Source: an uncultured Flavobacteriales bacterium (GTDB lineage: Bacteria; Bacteroidota; Bacteroidia; Flavobacteriales_F; PHOS-HE28). From it: a DNA stretch of 53,292 bases. Location of the stretch: assembly GCA_937873385.1 (NCBI GenBank), contig CALMYC010000148.1, positions 1 through 53,292 on the forward strand, in the 5' to 3' direction. Positions 37,999 to 47,231 of this stretch are shown here, in pieces. The notes beneath the pieces were generated by a model. The model had not been told where the DNA came from. It searched no databases and saw only the letters and a program-made list of their open reading frames with translations. The stretch's first letter is position 1, and every line of letters begins with the position of its first letter. The translations under genes were made by a program, and so were the position numbers.

Positions 37999-39342
37999 CT
38001 AGCTGGACTGGACGGACCGGAGCCGCTTTTGGATGATCCCGAGGATCATATTGAGGTCGGACGGCTTCAGCAGGAACATGTCCCAAACATGGATGCCCAT
38101 CTTGTAGCGAACAGCCAGGCATTGCATCACGAGCAGCGTAAAATAAGATACCGTGCTCGCCAACGCCGCCCCGACAATTCCAAAGCGCGGCACAAGGAGC
38201 AGGTCGAGCACGATGGTGACCACGGCGGCCGTGCTCGTTGCATAGAGGAAGTAGCGGATCATCTTCCCGCCGACCAGCAACGGCGTGACGAGCTTTGAGC
38301 TGCTGACAAAGACGATACCCGGCAATAGCCAATAGAGCGCCTGTGCGGACCCGATGAACGCTTGTCCGTACAACAAGGGGATGACCCAATGCGCGGATAG
38401 GCCGAGGGTAAGTGAAAGAAGGGCCACCGTGGAGAAATTCAGCCGCGAGATGAACTTGTACCGCTGCACCATGGCCGGGCTGGTATCGCCATAGAGGAAC
38501 GGCTGGATCACCCTGGAAAAGGGTTCAGGTATGTAGAAGAACAGCTGGCCCAGCCCCACGGCAACGGCGTAGAGGCCAAGCTGGGCGGTTCCGGCGCTGT
38601 TGCCCACGACCCACACGTCAAAACGATAGTTGATCAAGTTGATGAGGTCGCTCAGGTAACTGATCAGGACAAATGCCAGGAAAGGGCGGATCAGCATCCA
38701 ATTCCACGTTGGAAAGGGCATGATGCGCACCACACGGGCATAGATCGTGCACCAGACCGTGGTCGTGGCAAGGTTGCAGGTCAGGCTTACGGCAAGCACA
38801 AGCAGGAGCCCCTGGCCGGGGCCAATGTGGCTGCGCGCGGCGTAGAGGGCGGCAAAGCCAACCGCATTCATGGCTGCAGCCAGCATCGCCACCTGGTTCA
38901 GCGTGCGGAATTTCTTCAGGCTGAGCAGGATCGCGCTGACAAAGCTGTTCACATGGCTGGCGACAATGCAAAGCAGCAGGTACAGCAGGTATTCCCACCG
39001 AAGTGCCATATTGGGAAGAAAAACCGCGCCTAGGCTGCTTACATTGAAGATCAGCAAAAGAACCAGGAGGACTCCGGTAAGGCTGAACAGGATCCAGGTG
39101 GCGGAAATACGGACCACCGTTGAAGGGTCTCCGTTGTTCTTCGTGGTGAAATAGGTGATCCCCAGCGGCATGCTCAAGCCGAAAAGCATGGCCAGCAAGG
39201 TGAACTGGTTTTGCAGGAGGGCATATTCACCACGTCCTTGATCCCCCAGGATGCGCGTCATGCACGTGCTTGACACGAAGTACATCATCAAGGTGGGGGC
39301 CTGGACGAGGAAAGTGGAGACTATGCCGCGTTTCAAGTTCAA
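37999..39342 (-). CDS. Wzx-like polysaccharide flippase (MOP superfamily)
   Basis: 447 aa. Begins at TTG 39342, 15 nt after the upstream GT2 stop; the first ATG is 18 codons in and would remove TM1. About 12 TM segments. N-terminus RILGDQGRGEYALL is typical of this family. Confidence 0.7.
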   Translation of the reverse strand: MNLKRGIVSTFLVQAPTLMMYFVSSTCMTRILGDQGRGEYALLQNQFTLLAMLFGLSMPLGITYFTTKNNGDPSTVVRISATWILFSLTGVLLVLLLIFNVSSLGAVFLPNMALRWEYLLYLLLCIVASHVNSFVSAILLSLKKFRTLNQVAMLAAAMNAVGFAALYAARSHIGPGQGLLLVLAVSLTCNLATTTVWCTIYARVVRIMPFPTWNWMLIRPFLAFVLISYLSDLINLINYRFDVWVVGNSAGTAQLGLYAVAVGLGQLFFYIPEPFSRVIQPFLYGDTSPAMVQRYKFISRLNFSTVALLSLTLGLSAHWVIPLLYGQAFIGSAQALYWLLPGIVFVSSSKLVTPLLVGGKMIRYFLYATSTAAVVTIVLDLLLVPRFGIVGAALASTVSYFTLLVMQCLAVRYKMGIHVWDMFLLKPSDLNMILGIIQKRLRSVQSS

Positions 39343-39357
39343 GGCAAGATGCGGTGT

Positions 39358-40266
39358 TCAGGCGGTGATGAATGTTGTCGTACCAATTCCGTGCAAACGA
39401 CGGGACCGTCGGTACAAGGGCCTGGCGATCACGGCGGGTCGGCAGGCCACTGCCCGCAAGAACCATGGCAATGCGCAAATTCGGCACCCGGCCATGATCC
39501 ACCAGCTTCCGCCAATGGCCCAGTACACATTGGCCATGCACCTCCTGCGGAACCATGGGTTGTCCAGCAGCCCGCGGTTGCGGGCATTCCGGAACAACCG
39601 CAGATGGTCATCCTGAAAGAGTTGGACATTCTTGCTCATGCTTCCGCCCCGGTTGCGGTAGAGGCAGAGCACTTCTTTCACGTGCACCGGCCTGAATCGG
39701 GCCGCCAATTGGATCGTCAAGTCCTGGTCGGCTGCGTTGGACAGGCGTTCATCGAGCCTGATGCCGGCCAGGAAGCACTGTCGTTTGGCCAGGATGTTCC
39801 CGCAGGAAAGAGGTACTGCAGGCTGCTCTTGGAGCAGCGTGGTGCGGAGCACATCCTTGTCGGTGCCTCGGATCACATCACCGGTGGGGTGCAGGTCAGC
39901 GTCGCAGATGGCCACATCGGCATAGGCCCAGTCCGCTCCGCTTTCGGTGAGCGCCTGGAGTTTTCGGGATAGATTATCCGCATGCATGGCATCGTCCGCA
40001 TCGAGAAAGCCAATGTAATGACCAGCCGCAGTGGCCAAGCCGGTATTCCGTGCAGCACTGACGCCTGCATTCCCTTGGTCCACCACATGGATCCGGTGGT
40101 CCTTGAAAAGCCGTGCGGTCTGCAGGGTGCCGTCCGTTGATCCGTCGTTCACTATGATAAGCTCCCAATTGGTGAAGCGCTGGGCAAGCACCGAGTTCAC
40201 CGCGTCGGCCAACCACTTTTCCGCATTGAAGGCAGGGATAATGATGGACACCTCAGGGCCTGTCAT
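39358..40266 (-). CDS. Glycosyltransferase family 2
   Basis: Start at ATG 40266 (MTGPEVSIIIPAFNAEKWL). VNDGSTDGT and FLDADD (DxD). Confidence 0.85.
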   Translation of the reverse strand: MTGPEVSIIIPAFNAEKWLADAVNSVLAQRFTNWELIIVNDGSTDGTLQTARLFKDHRIHVVDQGNAGVSAARNTGLATAAGHYIGFLDADDAMHADNLSRKLQALTESGADWAYADVAICDADLHPTGDVIRGTDKDVLRTTLLQEQPAVPLSCGNILAKRQCFLAGIRLDERLSNAADQDLTIQLAARFRPVHVKEVLCLYRNRGGSMSKNVQLFQDDHLRLFRNARNRGLLDNPWFRRRCMANVYWAIGGSWWIMAGCRICALPWFLRAVACRPAVIARPLYRRSRRLHGIGTTTFITA

Positions 40267-40457
40267 GACCGGGATGGAACAGTTATGCACAAGACTATTC
40301 CCATGTGGTCCGTTATCGGACCGGTAGCGCCTCCGGTTCGGCAACCTGCACCATTGCCTTGGACCTCGTCGGGACCAGTCTGGCCCAGCAGGTTGAAGGC
40401 AAAAAAATCAATTTTGCCCGGCATGATGCATGATGGCTTTCATCGGGTCGTCGGCTG

Positions 40458-41591
40458 TCAATGGGCAAGTGCGTTGCCATATTCCTCCATGTAGCCGTTC
40501 CACATGCGGTCAAACGTAAAGGAGCGGAGGGCCAGGTTTTTTCCTTCCTGTCCGATGGTGGACAAGCCGATGTCCAGCGCGCGTTGCACACCTTCGGCCA
40601 AGGCCTTGCCGCTTCGTTCTTCGGCGAAGATCACGGAGCGCCCGTCTTCCGCCACGTCGGCTACACCCCCCGTGCGCGTGGTCACCACGGGTGTGCCGGA
40701 CATCATGGCCTCGGCCAGTACGAAACCGAATGGTTCATGGTCCGCGGCATGCAGATAAATGTCCAGCATGCTGTAAAGGGCGGGTATGCTGCGCCTGTCC
40801 ACCCAGCCTGTAAACGTGATGTGCTTGTCGAGCCCGGCTTCCTTCACGCGTTGACGCAGAACCTCCTCCTGATCACCGGTGCCGCAAAAAATGAAATGCA
40901 TGCGTGGGTGGTCCTTGACCAGGAGCCGTGCAGCTTCGATAATGTGCTGGTGCCCTTTCCACGCAATGAGGCGTGCCACGGTACCCACCACGGGATAGGC
41001 GTCGCCCAAGTTGAGTCTCCGCCTCAAGGATGCCGCTCCGGCAGCATGGTCGGCGAGGTAGGGCGCCGGGTCGATGCCGTGGTGCACAACGCCGATCTTT
41101 GCGGGAGATGCCTTTTCATGTTGCACCATCAGGCGTTTGGTGTCGCCCGAGACCGCGATGACGCGCGTGGCCAATTTGGTGGCCAACCGGTCCAGGAACA
41201 CCCATTTGGGTGCATAGAACAGGTGGAAGCCGGAATCCTGGCGGGTGATGATGCGGACCCTGATGCCGGCCATGCGGGCGGACACCATGGCGGGCAGGGT
41301 ATCATCAAACAAGTGGCCGTGTACAATGTCCGGGCGCCAACGGAGCATTTGCCACCACATCCGGGGCAAGGCCGTGATCATGCCCCATTTGCGGCGGGCG
41401 GGGTTGAACGGGACCCACTTGCCGCGAAACCCAAAGCTTCGGATCTCCTCCAGCATTTTTGGTTTTTGGGCACACAGCAGCAGAAAGGAGTAACGCACGT
41501 TGCCTTCACGAGCTGCCCGTTCCATGAACCAAGTGATGTACGGCACACCATCGTTGTTGGCGAATGTGTGCAGCACATGGATTTGTTTCAT
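40458..41591 (-). CDS. Glycosyltransferase family 4
   Basis: Start at ATG 41591 (MKQIHVLHTF). EPFGFVLAEAMMSGTPVV is the canonical GT4 motif. Confidence 0.85.
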   Translation of the reverse strand: MKQIHVLHTFANNDGVPYITWFMERAAREGNVRYSFLLLCAQKPKMLEEIRSFGFRGKWVPFNPARRKWGMITALPRMWWQMLRWRPDIVHGHLFDDTLPAMVSARMAGIRVRIITRQDSGFHLFYAPKWVFLDRLATKLATRVIAVSGDTKRLMVQHEKASPAKIGVVHHGIDPAPYLADHAAGAASLRRRLNLGDAYPVVGTVARLIAWKGHQHIIEAARLLVKDHPRMHFIFCGTGDQEEVLRQRVKEAGLDKHITFTGWVDRRSIPALYSMLDIYLHAADHEPFGFVLAEAMMSGTPVVTTRTGGVADVAEDGRSVIFAEERSGKALAEGVQRALDIGLSTIGQEGKNLALRSFTFDRMWNGYMEEYGNALAH

Positions 41592-41721
41592 GGAGAGACA
41601 ATTGAACTGAAAAGTGACGGGTTCCAGGGGTGCAGGGCACCGGCGGCAGAGCGGCATGCATTCCCCATGGGGCGGGCCGTCACTAGGCGGAATAGATCAT
41701 GTGCCAAATATAGCCGGGTGC

Positions 41722-42813
41722 TCAGTGCTTGCGGTCCAGGAAATCGCCAATGGATTGGAACGTGGCGTCAAAGCTTTTGGTGCGGGCTAAGGCGATGCGT
41801 TCGGCAGCAAGCCCGGCTGGTTCTCCTGCGCGCAGGAACTCGCTGAGTTCGTCCCGTGCGGCCTGGCGGTCGTCGTTCATGTACAGTAAGTGCCCGAACG
41901 GCAGGTATTCCGAAAAGACCGTGGAGAACACGGGTTTGCCGAGCGCGAGGTACTGGAATATTTTGTGGTGGGAGATATTGTTCCCGGGGAAATGGCGCCC
42001 CATGGGTGCCAGACAAAATCGTGCTCCTGCGATCCAGGCGGCCAATTGCCGGTAAGGCATGGCGCCGACCAGGTGTACGTTTGGGAAACGACCTTCACGG
42101 AAGAGCTGTTGGGCTTGTGGGTCATTGTCCAATGTATAAGGACCAATGAAGACGAACGGGACGTCCGGATGGTCCTCGATCAATCCGCTCAACAGCTCCA
42201 GGTCGATGCGCATGTCCAAGGTGCCGACATACAGGCCGTAATCCGAGAACCCGATGGGAGCGGCTTGTGCCGTAAAAGCCGTGTCGGGGGTGGGATGGGC
42301 GGTGGGAAGGATCGGGTTGTTTTAGGGCCTGTACATGGGATTGAAGGGTTTGGGCAAGGGGATGGACCGGTCCACCCTGGGATAGATGAAGCGCTCGCCG
42401 CGCATGTGCATCGTGTACACATCCACCGCGATGAACGCGGAATGCCTGGCCCCAAGGAGGACAGGATCGTAGAGCCTGGAAGGATCAAAGGAAAGGAAGA
42501 GGTCAGGGAGAAGGCCTTGGGCGCCGAGCGCCTTGGTGATGGCACGGGAGATCAACGTGTTGTTGAGCCGGAAGGCACCATCGTTCACGGATGGCAGCAC
42601 ATTCCTGTAGCGCAGGACGGAAAGCCCTTCCTGGACCTGGACCAAGGAGACTTCGGGGCCAAGCACGTTTTGCAGTTGCCATCGCGGCGTGGGGTCGATA
42701 AACACCACACGGTTCTGCTTGGACAGTTCGTTTGCGTAGTTGTGCTTCGAAAACCACACATCACCCCAAGGTTCATTTGAGGTGATGAGGATGTTGAGCC
42801 CCTTCAATTCCAT
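41722..42813 (-). pseudogene. GT-B glycosyltransferase interrupted by one in-frame TAA (42324..42322)
   Basis: ORFs 42322..42813 and 41722..42219 share a reading frame. Hand translation across the gap reads ...PKPFNPMYRP*NNPILPTAHPTPDTAFTAQAAPIGFSDYGLYVGTLDMRIDLELL..., a continuous ~363-aa GT with an N-terminal acceptor domain and a C-terminal donor domain. Confidence 0.6.
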
Positions 42814-43026
42814 GTTTGCGGGAAGGGTATGCCTGCGTCCGTGGCTATTTCAGCCATGGCCGATTTTGAACGCGGGCCAGTGCAGCGGGGTGCAAGAACA
42901 TGGGTGGGCGTGAAGCATTGAAGTCGCGGCCGTAGGCGGGGAATGGCAAGCATATCGTGCTGGCAGCGAGGTTTGGACTAGGTCACCAGTTGGGCTTGGG
43001 TGGTGGACTGCAAAGATCGGAGCGCG

Positions 43027-43968
43027 TCACAATCCAATGGACCTGGCCACTTCCGGCCTGCAGACCAGGAAATTGAAATGCCCGCTTCTGGTCAAGGCCC
43101 CGGTCTTCCGCGGGGGCCAGGAGACATCGTCTATGTTAAAGTATTCGTAGCCAAGCCCATTGAGCACGGCGCCCACCTGCGCGGCCACCTCGTCGTTGAG
43201 GATCTCGATCAACATCGATGGCTTGTCACGACGCAGGATCTCCAAAAAACCGCGAAGCACTTCGGCCTCGTGCGTTTCCACATCGATCTTCAACAGGTCC
43301 ACTTTCGCCGCACCAAACTGCGCGAGCAAGTCAGTGACGGTGATGGCCGGCACCTTCACGGGCCTTAGCTCCTTGTTATCGCTGTTCCATTGGGGGTTGA
43401 GCGAGACGGAAAGCACATGCTCGCGCTCTGGCAGGTCGAACAACACGGACACGCCGGAGTGGCTGGTGGCCGCGGCATGCACGGTTTTGACGCGGCCACC
43501 GTTCAGTGACGCGTTGTCCTCCAGCTTTTCAAAGATGCGCCGGACGGGTTCCACGGCGATCACCAATGCCTCCGGGTTAACTGCGGATGCTGCCAACGCA
43601 TACACCCCGGTGTTTGCCCCGATGTCAACGATGACCATGGAATTACGGCAGAGCCTGGACCATAGTTCCATGGATACCTTCTCCCATCCATTGAAGCCAT
43701 TCCAGAACAATTCATTTTCGATCATATAGCCATGGTGCCGGATACGGAAGCGGGCCGTGGGGCTGATGACCACTTCAATGACTCCCTTGAAATGCAAATG
43801 CCGGTAGATGGGCTCGGGCAGGGACACAAGCCGCCGCACGGCCCGGTACACCGGTTGCTTGAAAGGAACGGATTCATAAAGTCGTTTCAGAACGGAGCGG
43901 ACGGCAGCCATGGGGAAGCGCCAAATGTAGCGCCCTTGGTCCGGCGCCAGAGGAACGTTCCATGACAT
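43027..43968 (-). CDS. FkbM-family SAM-dependent methyltransferase
   Basis: VVDIGANTGVYAL and VDLLKIDVETHEAEVL are FkbM hallmarks. An alternative start is ATG 43911. Confidence 0.8.
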   Translation of the reverse strand: MSWNVPLAPDQGRYIWRFPMAAVRSVLKRLYESVPFKQPVYRAVRRLVSLPEPIYRHLHFKGVIEVVISPTARFRIRHHGYMIENELFWNGFNGWEKVSMELWSRLCRNSMVIVDIGANTGVYALAASAVNPEALVIAVEPVRRIFEKLEDNASLNGGRVKTVHAAATSHSGVSVLFDLPEREHVLSVSLNPQWNSDNKELRPVKVPAITVTDLLAQFGAAKVDLLKIDVETHEAEVLRGFLEILRRDKPSMLIEILNDEVAAQVGAVLNGLGYEYFNIDDVSWPPRKTGALTRSGHFNFLVCRPEVARSIGL

Positions 43969-44153
43969 CGGATGTCCGGTACTTTAATGCCAACCCATGA
44001 CCGTATGGCCCATCTTTGTCCAATAGGAAGGCCCGCACCCTTGCGAGAGCGGCAACCCGCTTTGCCTGGGAAGCAGGCGGCTACAAGCAACTCGGGTTTG
44101 CGCTCCCGAAAAGGGACATGCAGGAGGATGCGCTGATGCGGGGAGGCAGGCGC

Positions 44154-45947
44154 TCAAGCGTTCGCTTTACGCCCCTTGATCAACCTCGTCAACGGCCGCA
44201 CCCGCTCAAAGAAGGCTTTCTCCCTGGGGTAGTGCGTAGTGACGTAAGATGGGAATTCAGTATGCTGGCGGATCGGGGCCGTCATAAAGCCATTGAATTC
44301 CTCCTCGGTGATCCCCAGTTTGTTGATCACGAATTCAAGGTCGGCGCGCAACCCTTCCGGCGTGTAAATATCCTTTTGAAGCTCCGCCAGGGCCGTTGGC
44401 CTGTCCATCAGCCCCGATGCGATCATGGTGGACAAGTGGGCTTTCCGCTTGTCAATGTGGAACCGGGTGGGCAGGATGTAGTTCTGGTAGAACCGCGTGA
44501 AGACGGATTCGGTGTGCTTGGCCCCGTAATCGGTCCATCCCAGCTTGGCAATGATCTCCTGCTTCGCCTTGGCGTTGTCGTAATCCAAGTAGTTGAGCAG
44601 GGAAACACCTCTGATCCCTTTCACGAGGTACAGGTATGGCCTCCTCCAATAGCCGAGGCGCGGAAGCGTTTTGAGATTGCGTCCGCTAAATTCCTTGGCG
44701 ATATGGCGGATGTTGAGCAGGTCCATTTTTTCATGGTTCCACCCGTTGGGCAAGATACCTTCGGTGGCAAAATTGTGCCCGGAGATAACATACTTGATCC
44801 CAAGTTTGGCCGCCAGGTTGTGCAGGTAGGCCACCATGGCGTGGTCGGTCACCAGTTCAATGTCCATCACCGATGCGCGGAAGAAGGCCAGCTGGATGTC
44901 CCTGAATTCCTCCCACTCAATGACATGGCTGTGCAGGTCGAAGCCGAGGTGCTTGACCAGCTCCGCCACATTCTTGTTGGAGACCTCCGAATTGTATCCG
45001 TTGTCCACGTGAACAAGCAGTGGGGTCAATCCCAATTCCTTGAGCTTGAGCGCCACGTATGAGCTGTCCGCCCCGCCGCTCACCCCGGCAATGCAATCGT
45101 ATTTTCCATGTCTGGACTTCTTGATGCGGTCCACCAATTGCTCCAGTTCCTTTTGTTTGTCCTTGCCTTCGAACATCGCCCGCGGATCATTGCGATGGTA
45201 CCAGTGGCAGTACGTGCAAACACCGTCGTCGTCAAACTGGATGGCGGCATCGTCCAGGGTGTCGAGCACACATTTGGTGCACTGGCGGTAGGGGCGCCCT
45301 TCGGGGAGTTTGCCGCAGGTGGCCAGTGTTTCAGTATAGAGGTCCGCAAGCCAGTTGGAAGCATTTGCGTTAACGCCGGTGTCCAGAGGCCAAACCCGGG
45401 TCTTTTCAGCATGGACGCCGTATTTGTCCAGGAGTAGCCGCTTCAGGCCCGGGGTTGCCGGCAGGAAATAGGTGATTCCCGCGGATTGGATCCAGTGCTT
45501 CATTTTGACCAGCTCCGGGTTATCGCCGGCCGCGGCGGAAGGTGGACCGGCTGGTGCTGCCACAGGGTCGGTGTCAAGGGAAAGCAATTTGGGAATGGCC
45601 TTCAACTTTCCTTGCAGGTCCACTGCCCTTACGGCTGGTGAGGTTCCATCCAAATGGACCACGTCGAATGAATTGCCCCATTGTTGAATTTGACGGTCCA
45701 ATGCCTGGTTCACCAGTCTTCCCAGTTCGCGCGGAGTACCAAGGGGCACGGGAAATGAAACACGTGCAATTCCGTCGGTCGTCCCTGTTCGGGTGTCCGC
45801 TTCCGGCAGTTTGTTGCCACCACCCAAGTGGAAACAGAATACATCATGTATCCGGGCTGCGGCATGGATTTCCTGTTCGATGGTACCGTTGTGCTGTTGG
45901 GGCTTGTCCGTGATGTACAAGACCCTCTTCCGTGCGGATGTCGGCAT
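44154..45947 (-). CDS. N-acetyl sugar amidotransferase (WbpG/PseA-type PP-loop enzyme) with a ~230-aa N-terminal extension
   Basis: C-terminal ~370 aa: CTKCVLDT...DDDGVCTYCHWY (Zn ribbon), DCIAGVSGGADSSY (PP-loop), GHNFATEG. The N-terminal region RKRVLYITDKPQQHNG... has the look of a Rossmann-like GT-B half-domain. The ORF opens at GTG 45980; the first ATG is 45947. Confidence 0.75.
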   Translation of the reverse strand: MPTSARKRVLYITDKPQQHNGTIEQEIHAAARIHDVFCFHLGGGNKLPEADTRTGTTDGIARVSFPVPLGTPRELGRLVNQALDRQIQQWGNSFDVVHLDGTSPAVRAVDLQGKLKAIPKLLSLDTDPVAAPAGPPSAAAGDNPELVKMKHWIQSAGITYFLPATPGLKRLLLDKYGVHAEKTRVWPLDTGVNANASNWLADLYTETLATCGKLPEGRPYRQCTKCVLDTLDDAAIQFDDDGVCTYCHWYHRNDPRAMFEGKDKQKELEQLVDRIKKSRHGKYDCIAGVSGGADSSYVALKLKELGLTPLLVHVDNGYNSEVSNKNVAELVKHLGFDLHSHVIEWEEFRDIQLAFFRASVMDIELVTDHAMVAYLHNLAAKLGIKYVISGHNFATEGILPNGWNHEKMDLLNIRHIAKEFSGRNLKTLPRLGYWRRPYLYLVKGIRGVSLLNYLDYDNAKAKQEIIAKLGWTDYGAKHTESVFTRFYQNYILPTRFHIDKRKAHLSTMIASGLMDRPTALAELQKDIYTPEGLRADLEFVINKLGITEEEFNGFMTAPIRQHTEFPSYVTTHYPREKAFFERVRPLTRLIKGRKANA

Positions 45948-45952
45948 TGTTT

Positions 45953-45960
45953 GGGGGGGG
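45953..45960. repeat. G8 (C8 on the coding strand) homopolymer between GTG 45980 and ATG 45947 of the amidotransferase gene
   Basis: ttgggggggg-ctgg, counted directly. It encodes S-P-P-Q if GTG 45980 is the start. Confidence 0.9.
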
Positions 45961-46127
45961 CTGGATGTAGGTGTGGGCACTTGCCAACGGCGGGCCGTAA
46001 ACTCAGGAACAACTGTACACTACAGCTTTTGGCTGCCGTGCCACTCGTGTGGAGAGCGAAATTCCACTGTTGTTCCTGCGTAATGGCATGAGGCACTCTG
46101 GAATGGCTTGCCGTGCGTTTGCTGGAG

Positions 46128-46135
46128 CAAATGTA
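46128..46135 (-). promoter_or_regulatory. Bacteroidota-type -7 promoter box TACATTTG oriented toward the amidotransferase gene
   Basis: Plus strand reads caaatgta, which is TAcaTTTG on the minus strand, about 150-180 nt upstream of the candidate starts. Confidence 0.3.
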
Positions 46136-46274
46136 ATTGGCCGAACTACCGGTCGCAAGATGTTGAAAAAAGATCTTTTCGGCACCCGGGGCCCGCACAT
46201 TTCGGGCAGGCCAGGGAGTTTCCAAAGGCCAAACTGCGGGTAGGCTGGAGCCCTGATGGTGGCATTTATGCGGG

Positions 46275-47048
46275 ATGCCGTGCATGTATCGCCCCGGCCT
46301 TATCCTTGCAGGCTCCAGCTATGCCATTGACATGGGCGTAAAGGTCCCGCGAAAAAAGAGGAGGGTGGTGCTATTATCCCTGCTGTACCGGCTCAACCGG
46401 GTACTGCCCTTGACCCGGCTTCAGAAGTTCAAGTTGTACCTGGACTTGGAGTGGATCTTTGACCGCTTGGCCATGGAGGCCTCCTTCACGCATTATGCAC
46501 CGGATGATCATCCCCATCGATCATTCGCGTCCAAATTCCTGCTGCGCCAGTTGGAACCCGGCATGCGCGTGCTTGACCTGGGCTGTGCCAAGGGAGATAT
46601 GTCATACGCCCTCGCCCAGCATGTGGAGCAGGTGGTAGGGGTTGACCATAATGCCGGTTTAATATCGCTCGCGAAGGAGCAGTACCAGCGCCCCAATCTT
46701 TCCTTCCTGCAGGGTGATGCGCTGGAGTATCTGCGGCGGGGGGGGGCGGCGCATTTTGATGTGCTCATCCTTTCACACATATTGGAACACTTGGACGGCC
46801 CCGAACAGTTCCTGAAAGACTTCAGCCCGCATTTCAAATGGTTCTATATTGAACTGCCTGATTTTGACAAGACGTATCTCAACCACTACCGGCTTGATGT
46901 CGGGAGTTCACTGCTTTGGACCGATGAAGACCATGTGGTCGAGTTTGACCGTGAAGAATTGATGGACGTGCTTGGAAAGGCGGGCTTGCGCATTGTGGAG
47001 GCGGAGTATCGTTTCGGTCTACAGCGGCTATGGTGCACCAGGAATTGA
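46275..47048 (+). CDS. Class I SAM-dependent methyltransferase
   Basis: VLDLGCAKGDMSYAL (motif I) and VLILSHILEHLDGP. An alternative start is ATG 46332. Confidence 0.75.
   Translation: MPCMYRPGLILAGSSYAIDMGVKVPRKKRRVVLLSLLYRLNRVLPLTRLQKFKLYLDLEWIFDRLAMEASFTHYAPDDHPHRSFASKFLLRQLEPGMRVLDLGCAKGDMSYALAQHVEQVVGVDHNAGLISLAKEQYQRPNLSFLQGDALEYLRRGGAAHFDVLILSHILEHLDGPEQFLKDFSPHFKWFYIELPDFDKTYLNHYRLDVGSSLLWTDEDHVVEFDREELMDVLGKAGLRIVEAEYRFGLQRLWCTRN
46738..46746. repeat. G9 homopolymer inside the methyltransferase coding sequence
   Basis: ctgcggc-ggggggggg-cggcg, encoding L-R-R-G-G-A-A. Counted directly. Confidence 0.9.
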
Positions 47049-47231
47049 GCGGTTCGTGAGCATGGAATTACGACCTGCTCTTCACCTGTTGATCATGCCA
47101 ACACGACAGATGGTTTCAGGTATTCAAGGGCCATTCCGACTTGGGGGGCGACAACACCCGCCTCGGAAAGGCCGATCAGCAGGGGGGCTTTTGCTTCAGC
47201 TCATGATGGTTCCCAGGTAAAGTGTCGCCCC

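Noticed and set aside
40398-40418. AT-rich hairpin ggcaaaa-aaatcaa-ttttgcc containing an A7 run, downstream of the GT4 gene
   Set aside because: The stem is 7 bp and mostly A-T, and no U-tract follows it on the minus strand. It is marginal as an intrinsic terminator.
46004-46078. Perfect 10-bp inverted repeat caggaacaac/gttgttcctg with a 55-bp spacer in the divergent amidotransferase/methyltransferase intergenic region, considered as an invertible promoter switch
   Set aside because: The spacer is far shorter than known invertible promoter segments and no recombinase gene is nearby. It is more likely a 5'-UTR stem or an operator. I could not support a specific function.
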